Shown: positions 18,601 through 29,100 of the stretch, piece by piece
Layout of the letters: each line of letters opens with the position of its first letter
How positions within the stretch are numbered: the stretch's first letter is position 1
Virus record (IMG/VR): IMGVR_UViG_3300021139_000002
Coordinates: 1-64,000 of that record
Reading direction: 5' to 3' (one strand)
DNA length: 64,000 nt
From: a virus
Notes under the pieces: model-generated
The model's input: only the letters and a program-made list of their open reading frames with translations
The model's database searches: none
Told to the model about the DNA's origin: nothing
Made by a program: the position numbers and the translations under genes

Positions 18601-19185
18601 ATGGCATTACTAGATTCAATACTAGGGTTACTGAATAAACAACCAAAGGACGAAACTGCACCAAAACCACCAGTAGGTAGTCGAAGTGAGCGTGAAGCAA
18701 AAATCAAAGACAAGGCAGGACTTGTTATCAATATTTTTGCTCTACTACTAGCAGTTAACACATGGTATGGTGGTAAGTTAGGAAGTACCATCCTTAACAA
18801 TACCATCAAAGCCAACGACACTTATAGTTTTTATCAAGCAAAAGCAATTAAACAAAGTTTAGCCGAACAGAATTTGTACGAAGCAGAACATAACGGTGAT
18901 AAAGCTCGTGCTGAAGAAATGAAAGCTAAAATTGATCGTTACGAAAATGAACCCAAAGAAGGCAAGAAAGACTTGCTAACAAAAGCACAAGCATTAGAAG
19001 CAGAACGTGACGATGCTAAGTTACGAAGTCCTTGGATTGGATACGCTAACACCGCATACCAATTAGCAATTGTATTCTTATCAGCAAGTATTCTTGCTGT
19101 CAGTATGCCAATGTTCTGGGGTAGCTTTGTTGTTGCAGCCTTTGGTCTAAGTTTAAGCCTACAGGGCCTATTCCTATTTTTCTAA
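18601..19185 (+). CDS. DUF4337-like membrane protein
   Basis: ANDTYSFYQAK.IK motif, TM-coil-2TM layout. Confidence 0.6.
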   Translation: MALLDSILGLLNKQPKDETAPKPPVGSRSEREAKIKDKAGLVINIFALLLAVNTWYGGKLGSTILNNTIKANDTYSFYQAKAIKQSLAEQNLYEAEHNGDKARAEEMKAKIDRYENEPKEGKKDLLTKAQALEAERDDAKLRSPWIGYANTAYQLAIVFLSASILAVSMPMFWGSFVVAAFGLSLSLQGLFLFF

Positions 19186-19215
19186 ATTATAACCCACTTT
19201 AATCTAGATTAAACT

Positions 19216-19255
19216 ACCGCTTAAATAATAGTACACTATTATGGGGCGGTTTTTT
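19216..19255 (+). promoter_or_regulatory. Hairpin/terminator overlapping TAAATA late promoter and RBS
   Basis: ACCGC..ATAATAGT / ACTATTAT..GCGGT followed by a T run; TAAATA 19222-19227. Confidence 0.55.
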
Positions 19256-19256
19256 A

Positions 19257-20039
19257 ATGGATCCACTAACACTCTTTGCGTTGGCGAATGGAGCTGTCTC
19301 TGCTGTCAAGGCTGGGTGTAAACTCTACAAGGATATCAAAGGCGCCGCTGGCGAAGTAAAAGAAGTCCTTAAAGACTTAGACGATCAATTTAAAAAACTA
19401 CATCCCGCCGATAAACCCGCTACCTTAGAACAAAGAAATGCCTATGTAGAAGAGCGCAATCGTGTTGTTGAGTTAAACAGAAAAGCCAATGCCGATGAAC
19501 ACACAGGTGTTTATACAGAAATTGGTAATCATCTTGGCGCATATTATGACAATATGTATAAGTGCATAGCAATCTTTGAAGAAGAAGAAAGACGTGCAAA
19601 TACTGAAGTGTATACCGGTGATGCTAGTCTAGGAAAACGTGCTCTACAGCGTGTACTAATGCGTAAGCAGTTAGAACAAATGAGCATAGAATTACGAGAG
19701 TTAATGGTTTATCAAAGCCCGCCCGAACTAGGTGCTTTGTATACAGAAGTCGAAGCAATGATGAAAGAAATGGGCAAACAACAAAAAGTACTTATTGCAC
19801 AGCAAATGGCACGAGAAAGAATGCTTAGTGCCAAACGTAGAAAACGTATTGATAAAGTTTGGGAAGAAGCAATATGGGGTATTTGTGTGATTTCATGCGC
19901 GGCAACATTCGGAGTATCTATGGCAATGGTTGTAGAAGATCGTATACAAAAATACCCACAATACGGTACTGAGTGGATTCCTAAAACTGAAAAACGCAGA
20001 CAGGAAGAATCTAAACCTCAGATTTATATAGGCAGATAA
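19257..20039 (+). CDS. Coiled-coil protein with C-terminal TM
   Basis: MDPLTLFALA N-terminus, helical body, TM near C-terminus. Confidence 0.75.
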   Translation: MDPLTLFALANGAVSAVKAGCKLYKDIKGAAGEVKEVLKDLDDQFKKLHPADKPATLEQRNAYVEERNRVVELNRKANADEHTGVYTEIGNHLGAYYDNMYKCIAIFEEEERRANTEVYTGDASLGKRALQRVLMRKQLEQMSIELRELMVYQSPPELGALYTEVEAMMKEMGKQQKVLIAQQMARERMLSAKRRKRIDKVWEEAIWGICVISCAATFGVSMAMVVEDRIQKYPQYGTEWIPKTEKRRQEESKPQIYIGR

Positions 20040-20067
20040 TAAATATATTAAACACTAGGAGCAACTA

Positions 20068-20694
20068 ATGGCAGACGAAGAAGTAAAGCTAAGTGCTAGC
20101 GAAAAGAAAAAAGAAGACTGGATGAACAGCAAATGGCGTCCTATGATGGGCTGGATGTATATGCTAGTCTGTACTATGGATTTTGTAGGATTCCCAGTTC
20201 TATGGAGTTTACTACAAGCATATGACCATGGACAAGTTACTAGTCAATGGCAACCATTAACATTACAAGGTGCTGGATTATTTCACATAGCAATGGGTGC
20301 TGTTATTGGTATTAGTGCATATGGTCGTACACAAGAAAAATTAGGTGGAGCAGCTGGCCCAACAATGAGCTTTCCACAAGGAGCAGGTACAACCTATGTA
20401 CCACCAGGACAAGGCAATGTCAATGTAAGCAACCAACCTGGTATGGGTGGCAGTTTTGGAGGATCATCAAATGGCGGATTCGGTTCATCATCAAGCGGGG
20501 CTTCAGCATTTGGCGCTCCGGCAGCAGGAGGCTTCGGTTCCTCATCCGGCGGTTTTGGTTCAACAACGTCAGCACCTGCCTCAAGTGGGTTTGGCGGAGG
20601 CGGCTTTGGAAGCGCACCTGCAACAACAGCGGCAGTTACAACAGGGTTCGGAGGCAAACCAGCACCAGCCCCAACAACATTTCCAGCAATTTAA
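20068..20694 (+). CDS. 3-TM holin-like protein with Gly/Phe low-complexity tail
   Basis: W…WRP.MGW…G…YGRT.EK (GTA-type 3TM holin pattern); location in lysis cluster. Confidence 0.7.
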   Translation: MADEEVKLSASEKKKEDWMNSKWRPMMGWMYMLVCTMDFVGFPVLWSLLQAYDHGQVTSQWQPLTLQGAGLFHIAMGAVIGISAYGRTQEKLGGAAGPTMSFPQGAGTTYVPPGQGNVNVSNQPGMGGSFGGSSNGGFGSSSSGASAFGAPAAGGFGSSSGGFGSTTSAPASSGFGGGGFGSAPATTAAVTTGFGGKPAPAPTTFPAI

Positions 20695-20705
20695 AGGATA
20701 ACAAA

Positions 20706-20912
20706 ATGAAAAAATTATTAGTCGCATTATTAGCAACTGCATTTGTCGGAGTAGCATTTGCCGAAGCAGAAGTAAAAGAAGTCTGTCATGACAAAGTAGA
20801 TAAAGCCGGTAAACCATTAATGGATAAAAAGACCGGACAACCTGCACAAGAATGCAAGAAAATCAAAGTACATAAAAAGTTAGAAGGTGAAGCAGTACCA
20901 ACAAAGAAATAA
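20706..20912 (+). CDS. Small exported protein with one Cys pair
   Basis: Signal peptide ending VAFA; C…C; basic tail. Confidence 0.7.
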   Translation: MKKLLVALLATAFVGVAFAEAEVKEVCHDKVDKAGKPLMDKKTGQPAQECKKIKVHKKLEGEAVPTKK

Positions 20913-20919
20913 TTAGTAC

Positions 20920-20962
20920 TTGACACAAACCAAAAGGTATAGTATAATTTACTATACCTTTT
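20920..20962 (+). promoter_or_regulatory. Consensus sigma70 promoter overlapped by 13-bp inverted repeat
   Basis: TTGACA-17-TATAAT; AAAAGGTATAGTA / TACTATACCTTTT. Confidence 0.8.
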
Positions 20963-20969
20963 TCTAATT

Positions 20970-21800
20970 ATGGATCATTACTCTACATTAGGCGTTAATA
21001 AAGACGCTAGCCAAGACGAAATCAAAAAAGCATATCGTAGTCTTGCGAGTAAACACCATCCAGATAAAGGTGGGGATACTGCTAAATTTCAAGAAATCCA
21101 AACTGCGTATGCCACACTAAGCGATCCGGAAAAACGAGCAGAATACGATAATCCTGCTCCTCAATTCCAAGGTGGTCATTTTGGTGGTGGTATGCCTCCG
21201 GGTTTTGAAGATATCTTTGGACAGATGTTTGGCGGACATCCGTTCGGAGGCGCATTTAGTCAAAGACATCGACAACCACAACGTAACAGAACACTAAACA
21301 TCCAAACTAGCATTACATTAGAAGAAGCATTTCACGGTAAAGACTTGATTGCTAATCTAACACTACCAAGCGGGCGTGATCAAATGCTAGAGATAAAAAT
21401 TCCCGCAGGTGTACAAGATGGTACCGTATTGCGATTGGCGGGTATGGGCGATGATAGCATACCCGGAGTACCAAAGGGCGACATACATTTAACCATCAAT
21501 GTTACATCACACAATATTTTTCAACGCCAGGGCGACGACTTAGTTAGTAGTCTCAATATCAATTGTATAGATGCCATTATAGGTAAGACCGTAAACGTTA
21601 ATACAATCGACGGTAAAACTCTTGAGCTTACAATTAAGCCCGGTACACAGCACGGACAAATTTTAGCAGCCGCAGGTTATGGTATGCCTAAAATGTCAGA
21701 TAACCGATTTAAAGGTCGTATGTTGATACAAATACAAATTGTTATACCAACTGATCTAACAGAGGCACAAAAACAAATCCTTAAGGAACATTTCCAGTAA
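20970..21800 (+). CDS. dnaJ: DnaJ class II chaperone (CbpA-like)
   Basis: J-domain HPD, G/F region, C-terminal domains, no Zn finger. Confidence 0.92.
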   Translation: MDHYSTLGVNKDASQDEIKKAYRSLASKHHPDKGGDTAKFQEIQTAYATLSDPEKRAEYDNPAPQFQGGHFGGGMPPGFEDIFGQMFGGHPFGGAFSQRHRQPQRNRTLNIQTSITLEEAFHGKDLIANLTLPSGRDQMLEIKIPAGVQDGTVLRLAGMGDDSIPGVPKGDIHLTINVTSHNIFQRQGDDLVSSLNINCIDAIIGKTVNVNTIDGKTLELTIKPGTQHGQILAAAGYGMPKMSDNRFKGRMLIQIQIVIPTDLTEAQKQILKEHFQ

Positions 21801-21808
21801 ATATTATT

Positions 21809-22336
21809 ATGCTAGATATAATTAAATTTCCCAATGAAGTATTACGACAAAAAGTCGAAGAGTTCGATTTTGAAAACTGCATCCTTGATCCAGAAAAACT
21901 AGAAGCAGAATTAATCGAAACTATGTTTGCACACGACGGCATCGGTCTTGCCGCAACACAAGTAGGAATAACGGTGCGTGTGTTTGTTATGGGTCATAAA
22001 GATAACCCAGAATCAGCACAAGCATTTTTTAATCCTATTGTGGTTAAGTGGACCGACGAAGTAGAAGATCTGGAGGAAGGATGTTTGAGTTTTCCAGGGA
22101 TGTATGCTAACATTAAACGTCCTAAGAAAATATTAGCCCGTTGGCAAAACTCAAAAGGAGAATGGCAAGAATCAGAATTTGATGGATACAACTGCAAGTG
22201 TTTTTTACATGAGTTAGATCATTTAGAAGGCATCGTATTTCAAGATCGGGTCAGTCCCTTAAAATGGGCAATGGCTGTTAAAAAGTCTAAACCCAAAAAA
22301 GTTAAAGTTATAAAAGTAAAAAGGAAATTCAAGTAA
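21809..22336 (+). CDS. def: Peptide deformylase
   Basis: GIGLAATQVG, EGCLS, HELDH. Confidence 0.95.
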   Translation: MLDIIKFPNEVLRQKVEEFDFENCILDPEKLEAELIETMFAHDGIGLAATQVGITVRVFVMGHKDNPESAQAFFNPIVVKWTDEVEDLEEGCLSFPGMYANIKRPKKILARWQNSKGEWQESEFDGYNCKCFLHELDHLEGIVFQDRVSPLKWAMAVKKSKPKKVKVIKVKRKFK

Positions 22337-24603
22337 TGTTGGAACCAGATAAAGATTTAGAAAAAATCTTTGAACATGCTGTTCAAGTAGCGTCAATTAA
22401 TAAACACGAGTATGTTACTTTGGAGCATTTCTTACTCAGTATGCTGAGTAACGATTCTTTCGTTAAACTATTAGAAGCGTTCGGTACAGACATAAAACCT
22501 TTTAAAGAAGATATCGAAAATTTCATTGCCAATGAATTGAAAGATATTGTTAACGATTCTGCCAACAAACCTAAAAAGACCGCAAGCGTTGATCGCATGT
22601 TGAACCGTGCCTTTACACAGGTATTGTTCAGTGGTCGTCAAATTATCGAGCCCGTAGATTGTTTTATCAGTATCTTCGGTGAAAGAAAAAGCCATGCTAG
22701 TTTCTTTATTAAAAAAGCAAAGATTGACAAAGATAGTTTTGTTAACTTTGTTAAGAAAGAAATTATTAAAGATGAAGAAACAGAAGAAACTACGATCAAT
22801 CCTCAAATTGAGAGAATGATCTTACAATTCTGTACAAACCTTAGTGCTCGTGCTAAAAGCAAAAAGATCGATCCAGTTATTGGCCGTGAAAAAGAGATTG
22901 AAGAAATTCAACTTGTACTTGCACGCCGAACAAAATCTAATGCGATTCTTATCGGTGATCCGGGTGTAGGTAAGACTGCTATTGCAGAAGGTCTTGCACG
23001 TAACATCTTTGAAGACAAGGTTCCTAAATTTATTAAAGAACATACGGTCTATAGTTTAGATATTAGTGCATTGCTAGCTGGTTCTAAATACCGTGGAGAC
23101 TTTGAAGAAAGGCTTAAAGCTGTACTAGCCGGACTTGAGAAAAAAGGCAAGTGTATCCTGTTCATCGACGAAGCACATATGATGAATGGTGCAGGTGCTG
23201 TAAGTGGCGGTAGCAATGATATGGCCAATATGCTTAAGGCTGCATTGTCAAAAGGTACTATTAAAGTCATTGCATCAACTACTTGGGAAGAATATCGTAA
23301 ACACTTTGAAAAGGATCGCGCCCTAATGCGTCGATTCCAACGTGTTGTTATTGATGAGCCTTCAGAAGCAACTGCTATTAAGATTATCAAAGGTCTCAAG
23401 AAGTATTACGAAAAACATCACGGTGTTAAAATCACTAACCAAGCAGTTATTGATAGTGTTAAGTATTCTGTCAAATATCTTAGCGATAAGAAATTGCCAG
23501 ACAAGGCCATTGACTTAATCGATTGTGCCTGTGCCCGATTCAAGGTACGTGACGAAGAGGGTGGCATTGTTGACCATGAAGAAATCTTGTTTGAAATTGC
23601 TAAGATGGCCAATATTCCAATTGAGACAATCAATAGCAAAGAAACAAGCAACCTTCCTAATCTTGAAAAGAATATGAAGGCCAAAGTCTACGGACAGGAA
23701 AAAGCAATCGAAAGTCTGTTAGACAAAGTGTTTATTGCACAAGCAGGTTTGAAGTCGCCTACTAAGCCAATCGGTAGTTTCTTATTTGTTGGTCCTACAG
23801 GTGTTGGTAAGACTGAAGCCGCTAAACAACTTGCCAGTAACCTAGGCATTAAGTTGATCCGCTTTGATATGAGTGAATATCAAGAAGCTCATAGTGTTGC
23901 TAAGTTTATCGGTAGCCCTCCCGGTTATGTTGGTTACGAAGATAACGCTGGTCAATTGATTACTAGCCTACAAGAAAACCCAAATTGTGTTCTATTGTTG
24001 GACGAAGTTGAAAAAGCTCACCCTAGTGTTCTAACTATTATGCTTCAATTGATGGATAACGGATTTGTTACAGGTTCAAATGGTAAGAAAGCTGATGCTC
24101 GCAATGCAATCGTTATTATGACATCAAACTTAGGTGCCGCTGATGCTGAGAAAAATAGTGTAGGCTTTGGCAACTTAGAACGTGACGGTGATCCTAAAGA
24201 TGCTGTCAACAAGTTCTTTGCTCCTGAGTTCCGTAACCGATTAGATGGTATGATTCGATTCGGCAAGTTAGACAACGATACAATGATCAAGATTGTTAAG
24301 AAGTTTATCGACGAACTTAATGCTCTTGTTAAGGATAAAAACGTTCATGTTAAACCTAATGCAGATGCTGTAGAGTATTTGATTAAGAAAGGGTTTGACA
24401 GCAAGATGGGCGCTCGTCCGTTGCAACGTACTATCGACGATATGATCAAACGTCCCCTAAGTAAGGAAATCTTATTTGGAAAACTTACAAACGGTGGTGT
24501 TGTTGAAATTACGGTTGAAGACAATGCATTGAAACTTAATGTCATTGACATTTTGCCAGTAGAAAAGGCAAAAGATGCAGTACAAGAAGCAGATAACACA
24601 TAA
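22336..24603 (+). CDS. clpA: ATP-dependent Clp protease ATP-binding subunit ClpA
   Basis: Two AAA modules ([16 protein letters not shown]), no M-domain, VGF ClpP-docking loop. Confidence 0.92.
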   Translation: MLEPDKDLEKIFEHAVQVASINKHEYVTLEHFLLSMLSNDSFVKLLEAFGTDIKPFKEDIENFIANELKDIVNDSANKPKKTASVDRMLNRAFTQVLFSGRQIIEPVDCFISIFGERKSHASFFIKKAKIDKDSFVNFVKKEIIKDEETEETTINPQIERMILQFCTNLSARAKSKKIDPVIGREKEIEEIQLVLARRTKSNAILIGDPGVGKTAIAEGLARNIFEDKVPKFIKEHTVYSLDISALLAGSKYRGDFEERLKAVLAGLEKKGKCILFIDEAHMMNGAGAVSGGSNDMANMLKAALSKGTIKVIASTTWEEYRKHFEKDRALMRRFQRVVIDEPSEATAIKIIKGLKKYYEKHHGVKITNQAVIDSVKYSVKYLSDKKLPDKAIDLIDCACARFKVRDEEGGIVDHEEILFEIAKMANIPIETINSKETSNLPNLEKNMKAKVYGQEKAIESLLDKVFIAQAGLKSPTKPIGSFLFVGPTGVGKTEAAKQLASNLGIKLIRFDMSEYQEAHSVAKFIGSPPGYVGYEDNAGQLITSLQENPNCVLLLDEVEKAHPSVLTIMLQLMDNGFVTGSNGKKADARNAIVIMTSNLGAADAEKNSVGFGNLERDGDPKDAVNKFFAPEFRNRLDGMIRFGKLDNDTMIKIVKKFIDELNALVKDKNVHVKPNADAVEYLIKKGFDSKMGARPLQRTIDDMIKRPLSKEILFGKLTNGGVVEITVEDNALKLNVIDILPVEKAKDAVQEADNT

Positions 24604-25276
24604 GCTCTTTTACGGAAAATACCCATTCAAGATCAAATGCGTTTGCAAAGGATCTTGGATGGTTAAACGTCTCGGAGTTGCTCAGACTATAGGAAAGTGT
24701 CTATCAGGTGATACATCTGGCTGGGGTTGGGGTAGTAAGAACTTTAATCCCAGTCAACTTTTAGACTTTACCAACGATGTTGAACCATTTCTATCTAAGG
24801 ATATTAGTGTTCGTGCGGAAGGCAGTATTTTCAGTATCTATTGCAGTGACGAAGCACTATTTAATTCAATGTGCAAAAAACTTAAACACTGGATTGAATG
24901 TATTTACATCCCTGCAACAGATGCTGAGCAAACGTTCTTATTAGACAACAAGCATAAAAAGATTATATGTAATCATTTGCCTTTTGATACCTATCATTAC
25001 AGGGTAAATTTAAAGTCAACCCTATCAGATAATGTTAGAGAAAGTTTTTACAAATGGATGTCTAACTACGATGGCAAAATACAAGCACCTAGTAGCACAC
25101 TAAATTGGCTATCTGGTACTATGCGTTGGGCTGTGAATCCTAATTTCTATGTAAAAGACGGTCCTACACTAGCTATGGTGGGTTTATTTTTAGGTGACAG
25201 AATCTCAAGTGTCCAGGAGTTTGTACCTAGATCTATGATAAATACCTTATCTAAGGAACAGCCATGCCCAGTTTAG
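24575..25276 (+). CDS. Conserved hypothetical protein
   Basis: 233-aa ORF. Confidence 0.7.
   Translation: MQYKKQITHKLFYGKYPFKIKCVCKGSWMVKRLGVAQTIGKCLSGDTSGWGWGSKNFNPSQLLDFTNDVEPFLSKDISVRAEGSIFSIYCSDEALFNSMCKKLKHWIECIYIPATDAEQTFLLDNKHKKIICNHLPFDTYHYRVNLKSTLSDNVRESFYKWMSNYDGKIQAPSSTLNWLSGTMRWAVNPNFYVKDGPTLAMVGLFLGDRISSVQEFVPRSMINTLSKEQPCPV
25222..25260 (+). promoter_or_regulatory. RBS-sequestering hairpin with TAAATA in loop
   Basis: TGTACCTAGAT / ATCTAAGGAACA imperfect arms; TAAATA 25239-25244. Confidence 0.45.
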
Positions 25277-25680
25277 CACAAGGATTAGAATTCGTTACGT
25301 ATACAAATACAGCCAGTGTACAGGTTACATATCCGTTATATAATACATCATCAGGTACACTAATATACCAAAGTACTCCCGTAAAAGGAGACGGTTATTT
25401 TGGAAATAGCGACGGTTTACACACCGTTATGTATACCTACGACAGCAACTTTGTTGGTACTATTACCATGCAAGCATCGCTGGCTACAAGTCCTGTAGAA
25501 ACAGATTGGTTTGATATTCAAGAATCTACTAGAGAACTTGCTAGTAGTCGGTCTGATTACAACAATATGAACGTAACGGTGGCTTCGGATTACCTTAATT
25601 TTACAGGTAATTTTGTATGGGTGCGCGGCGTAGTCTCTATAGATAGCGGTCAAGTAGACTCTATTCTATACAATCACTAA
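25264..25680 (+). CDS. Probable virion structural protein (beta-rich)
   Basis: Late promoter; GDGYFG..DGLHTV, NFTGNFVWVR. Confidence 0.65.
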   Translation: MPSLAQGLEFVTYTNTASVQVTYPLYNTSSGTLIYQSTPVKGDGYFGNSDGLHTVMYTYDSNFVGTITMQASLATSPVETDWFDIQESTRELASSRSDYNNMNVTVASDYLNFTGNFVWVRGVVSIDSGQVDSILYNH

Positions 25681-25682
25681 TT

Positions 25683-25750
25683 TTCCAAATAAACTTTTTG
25701 TAATAAATACTCTATTATAGAGTGTTATACTCGCGACTTCATATTTGGAA
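25683..25750 (+). promoter_or_regulatory. Late promoter within leader hairpin
   Basis: TTCCAAATA / TATTTGGAA outer arms, inner ACTCTA/TAGAGT; TAAATA 25704-25709. Confidence 0.5.
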
Positions 25751-25756
25751 TAGCCA

Positions 25757-26125
25757 ATGTTACTAAAAGAATTTTTCGGAAAAGGTGAAGATGTTGTTAA
25801 AAATCTTCATAAAAACAGAGACGATAAAAACATATCCGACGATCTGTTCTGGTACATCATAGACCACGACAAATTACACAAGGACTACTTTTTCCCTATT
25901 GCAAGAAAAATTGCCAAAAATAAGGACAAAATAGACAGAGAACAAATGGTCAAAGAGTTCTTACCAATGGTTTTAAAGGGATGTAAAGAGTATTACGAAC
26001 ACAAAAAAATGAAGGGTAAATTAGGACAGGTATTTTCTAAAGAATTACGTCAAGATATGTGCGAAAGATTACTAGATCATTATAAAGATGATGTAATTAA
26101 TGACAAATATAAGGTAGGCGTATAA
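25757..26125 (+). CDS. Hypothetical protein with capsid-targeting-like N-terminus
   Basis: MLLKEFF start; late promoter upstream. Confidence 0.7.
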   Translation: MLLKEFFGKGEDVVKNLHKNRDDKNISDDLFWYIIDHDKLHKDYFFPIARKIAKNKDKIDREQMVKEFLPMVLKGCKEYYEHKKMKGKLGQVFSKELRQDMCERLLDHYKDDVINDKYKVGV

Positions 26126-26126
26126 C

Positions 26127-29100
26127 ATGATCTTAAGAGAATTCTTCAAACGCACACTATTAGAAGGCGGCAATTTAGAAATTGACGGAGCACAAGCACA
26201 GCACATTGATCTTAAGGTGCATAATCGTGGATACATTGTTCCTATCTTAAGTCAATTACTTACTAGTATTAACTCAGAATTTAAACAAAGTCAAGGCAAC
26301 GACTTATGGAATCCAAAAGTTTTAAAAAGTCGTAAGTACCTAAGCGGGTCTAGTCTACATTTCTTCGACACAGACATTCCAGACGAAGAATTTGAACGTG
26401 TCAAACCTAAAGTAGGTGACATTGACACACAAGTTAACAAGGCAGCAGAACAACATCTAGCACAATGGCTTAATGGCGTAAAAGGTCAAGTTGTAGGTAA
26501 CGCCAAGTTCTTAGGTTTTAGTAGAGGTAACGAACAATATAGTAGCTTATGGGAATTAACAGACCCTCCTGTTAAAGTACAGATTGACTTTGAATTTGTC
26601 GACTATAATGAAAAGGACGAACCTACTGACTGGTCTGCATTTAGCCATAGCAGTAGTTGGAATGACTTGAATGAAGGTATTAAAGGCGTTTTCCATAAAT
26701 GGTTAATACAGGCTTTTACAAAACTATCAACACAAGAATTTCTACTACGTAAAATGGTAGGTCGTGGGAAAGCACGAGTAGAACAAGATGTTCCAACAAC
26801 AGATAACATGTTCTCATTTGCTGTAAGTAGCAAAGAGGGTGGTGGACTACGTCCTAAATACGAACCAGTAGCAGATGCCAAAGGTCGTCCACTTGTAATA
26901 GACGGTTTACCTGTCATGCGAGCATTGCCTGCTAGTGGTTACGAAAAAGACATAGGCGCAATGTTCCAAAATATTTTTGGTAAACGTGTTGATCGTAAAA
27001 CACTAAACAAGCTACTACCCAAGACATGGAGTTTTACTGGCTTATTAGATGTAATGAATTTAATACTACCGCCAGAAGAGAAAGAACAAGTACTAGATGC
27101 GTTTGTTGATAAACTATTTGCGCCAGGAGCACAAGGTCTATACAAAGGCGATGCACAGCGTGATATGGTAGAAAAGAATGCCGCACTGAACTATGCATTA
27201 AAAACTCTTAAAACAACTGCTCCCAAGAACCTTGAACAGATGCGTCAAGACTATGTTAAGAATTATAAAGTAACATCTGAAGGTCCTATTGGTTTAGACA
27301 AACCAATAGAAGAAGCAGAAGGCGATCAAGCACAGCCGGCAGTTAAAGCACAACTACGTAAAGGCATGCCTCACTTACGTGATTTGAAACCTGCTGACTT
27401 TTTAGACCTAATTGACGAACTTCGTAGCGAAGGTGGTCGTTTTAAACTACAAAATATTCCGTTAAATGTTAAGATCGACGGCTTTGGTGGACGTTTTGGT
27501 AAGGATGCTGAAGGTAAACCTTTCATGGGTACCAGTAATACTCCTCCAAAATACGAAGCAGGGTTTGTCAAGTACCATCAAGAGAAGGGTACAACTGATC
27601 CGGAAATACTAGGCCGTGCTGCCAACTTTGATAAACTATTCAACGAAATGATGAAGGCTATCAAAACCGTTGACAGCAAACTAGGTCCAGATGCATTAAT
27701 GGATAAACAGGTCAGTTGTGAAGTATTGTTCTTACCATTTGCTACACAAACAGACGAAGGTAAGTTAAAGTTTGTAGGTATTGAATACGATCAATTACCA
27801 AAAGGTGTTGATCTTGTTCTAGTTCCTTATCGTGTTGTTGATGCTAGCACAGGAGAAGAATCTCCTGAAGGTGAAAAGATTGTACAAGCATTGACCAGTT
27901 TAGGCCAGAACGGTAGTGTTATGTTTATGAGCAATAGACTTACGCAAAAAGAAGGGCTTGATGTTACAGAAATTATCAATCCGTTAGAAAATTTAGAAGA
28001 ACTTAAAAAAATTGTTAGCGATACAGCAGGTAAACGTGATCGTGCTAGCCTACAATTACGCAGAGAAGTTGAAGATAAATTAAAACCTGTACAAATTGCT
28101 TTAGAAAAAGCCATTGACGAAGATCCTAACATTGTGGGCAAAGATAATCTAGGACAAGACTATGAAGGTATTGTTATTAATAGTCGTCTTGGTCCTATTA
28201 AAGTTACAAGTCAAAAGCAAAAAGATATTATTATTAAAAAGAATGCTGCCAAGGCTGCGGCTCGTGCAGAACAACCTAGAGAAAACGCAAACAAAACTGC
28301 TGTGGTTGCCATAGGTAGTTTTGTTGGACATATTGGTCACGAGCAACTTTGGGATTATACAATTAAGAAAGCCGCAGAAGTAGGCGGAGATCCTTATTTG
28401 TTTATCGGTAATGCACAAGGTAAAGATGATCCTATTCCTCCAAGTGTTAAAGTTGAAACATGGCATAAGATGTATCCAAAGTATGCTAAGAATATCAGCA
28501 CGGTAACGCAAGAAGGCGGTAGCCTAATGCAAAAGATCAAGCACGAATTGATCAATCCATTACCAGGTAAACCTCCACGCTACGACAATATTATCATTAT
28601 GGTAGGTGAAGATCAAGCCAACATGAATATTGCTAATGCACTTATGAAGGCGGTTAACAAGTTTCAAGGTTATGAACATGTTAAGGTCAGTTTAGAAGTA
28701 ACACCGCGTGGTACTGGTATGAGTTTTACCAAACTACGCAACATTCTTAAAGATCCAAATGCTACACCTGAACAACAATATGCTGTTTGGGCGCAAGGAT
28801 TTGATGAGAAGAAATTAGGTAAACCTTGGATTTTACATTTAATGGACATTACAAGAAAAGGTATGGGTATTACACAACAACCAAAAGAACCCCAACAACC
28901 GGCACCACAAGTTCAACCTGTTGCAGAAGTAAGAGTGTTCAATGCATTAATTCGTCCACGCATAATTTCAGAATTATCTAACGAAAAGCTAGGACAATAC
29001 AAGAAAGCGGCAAGTGCAGATGCTAGTGCTGCCGATAAAGCAGGCAACTATGAGCGTGGTAACAAACGCTTCAGTGGTATTGTTAAAGCAACTAAGAAAC

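Noticed and set aside
20394-20847. Several overlapping and antisense ORFs over the holin tail
   Set aside because: By-products of GC-rich Gly/Ala codons; no RBS or recognisable products
20932-20962. CIRCE heat-shock operator upstream of dnaJ
   Set aside because: Does not match TTAGCACTC-N9-GAGTGCTAA
22383-24626. Antisense ORFs within clpA (similar shadows in polB, uvsE, the 26-33 kb genes and tail genes)
   Set aside because: Fully overlap well-supported genes and lack motifs
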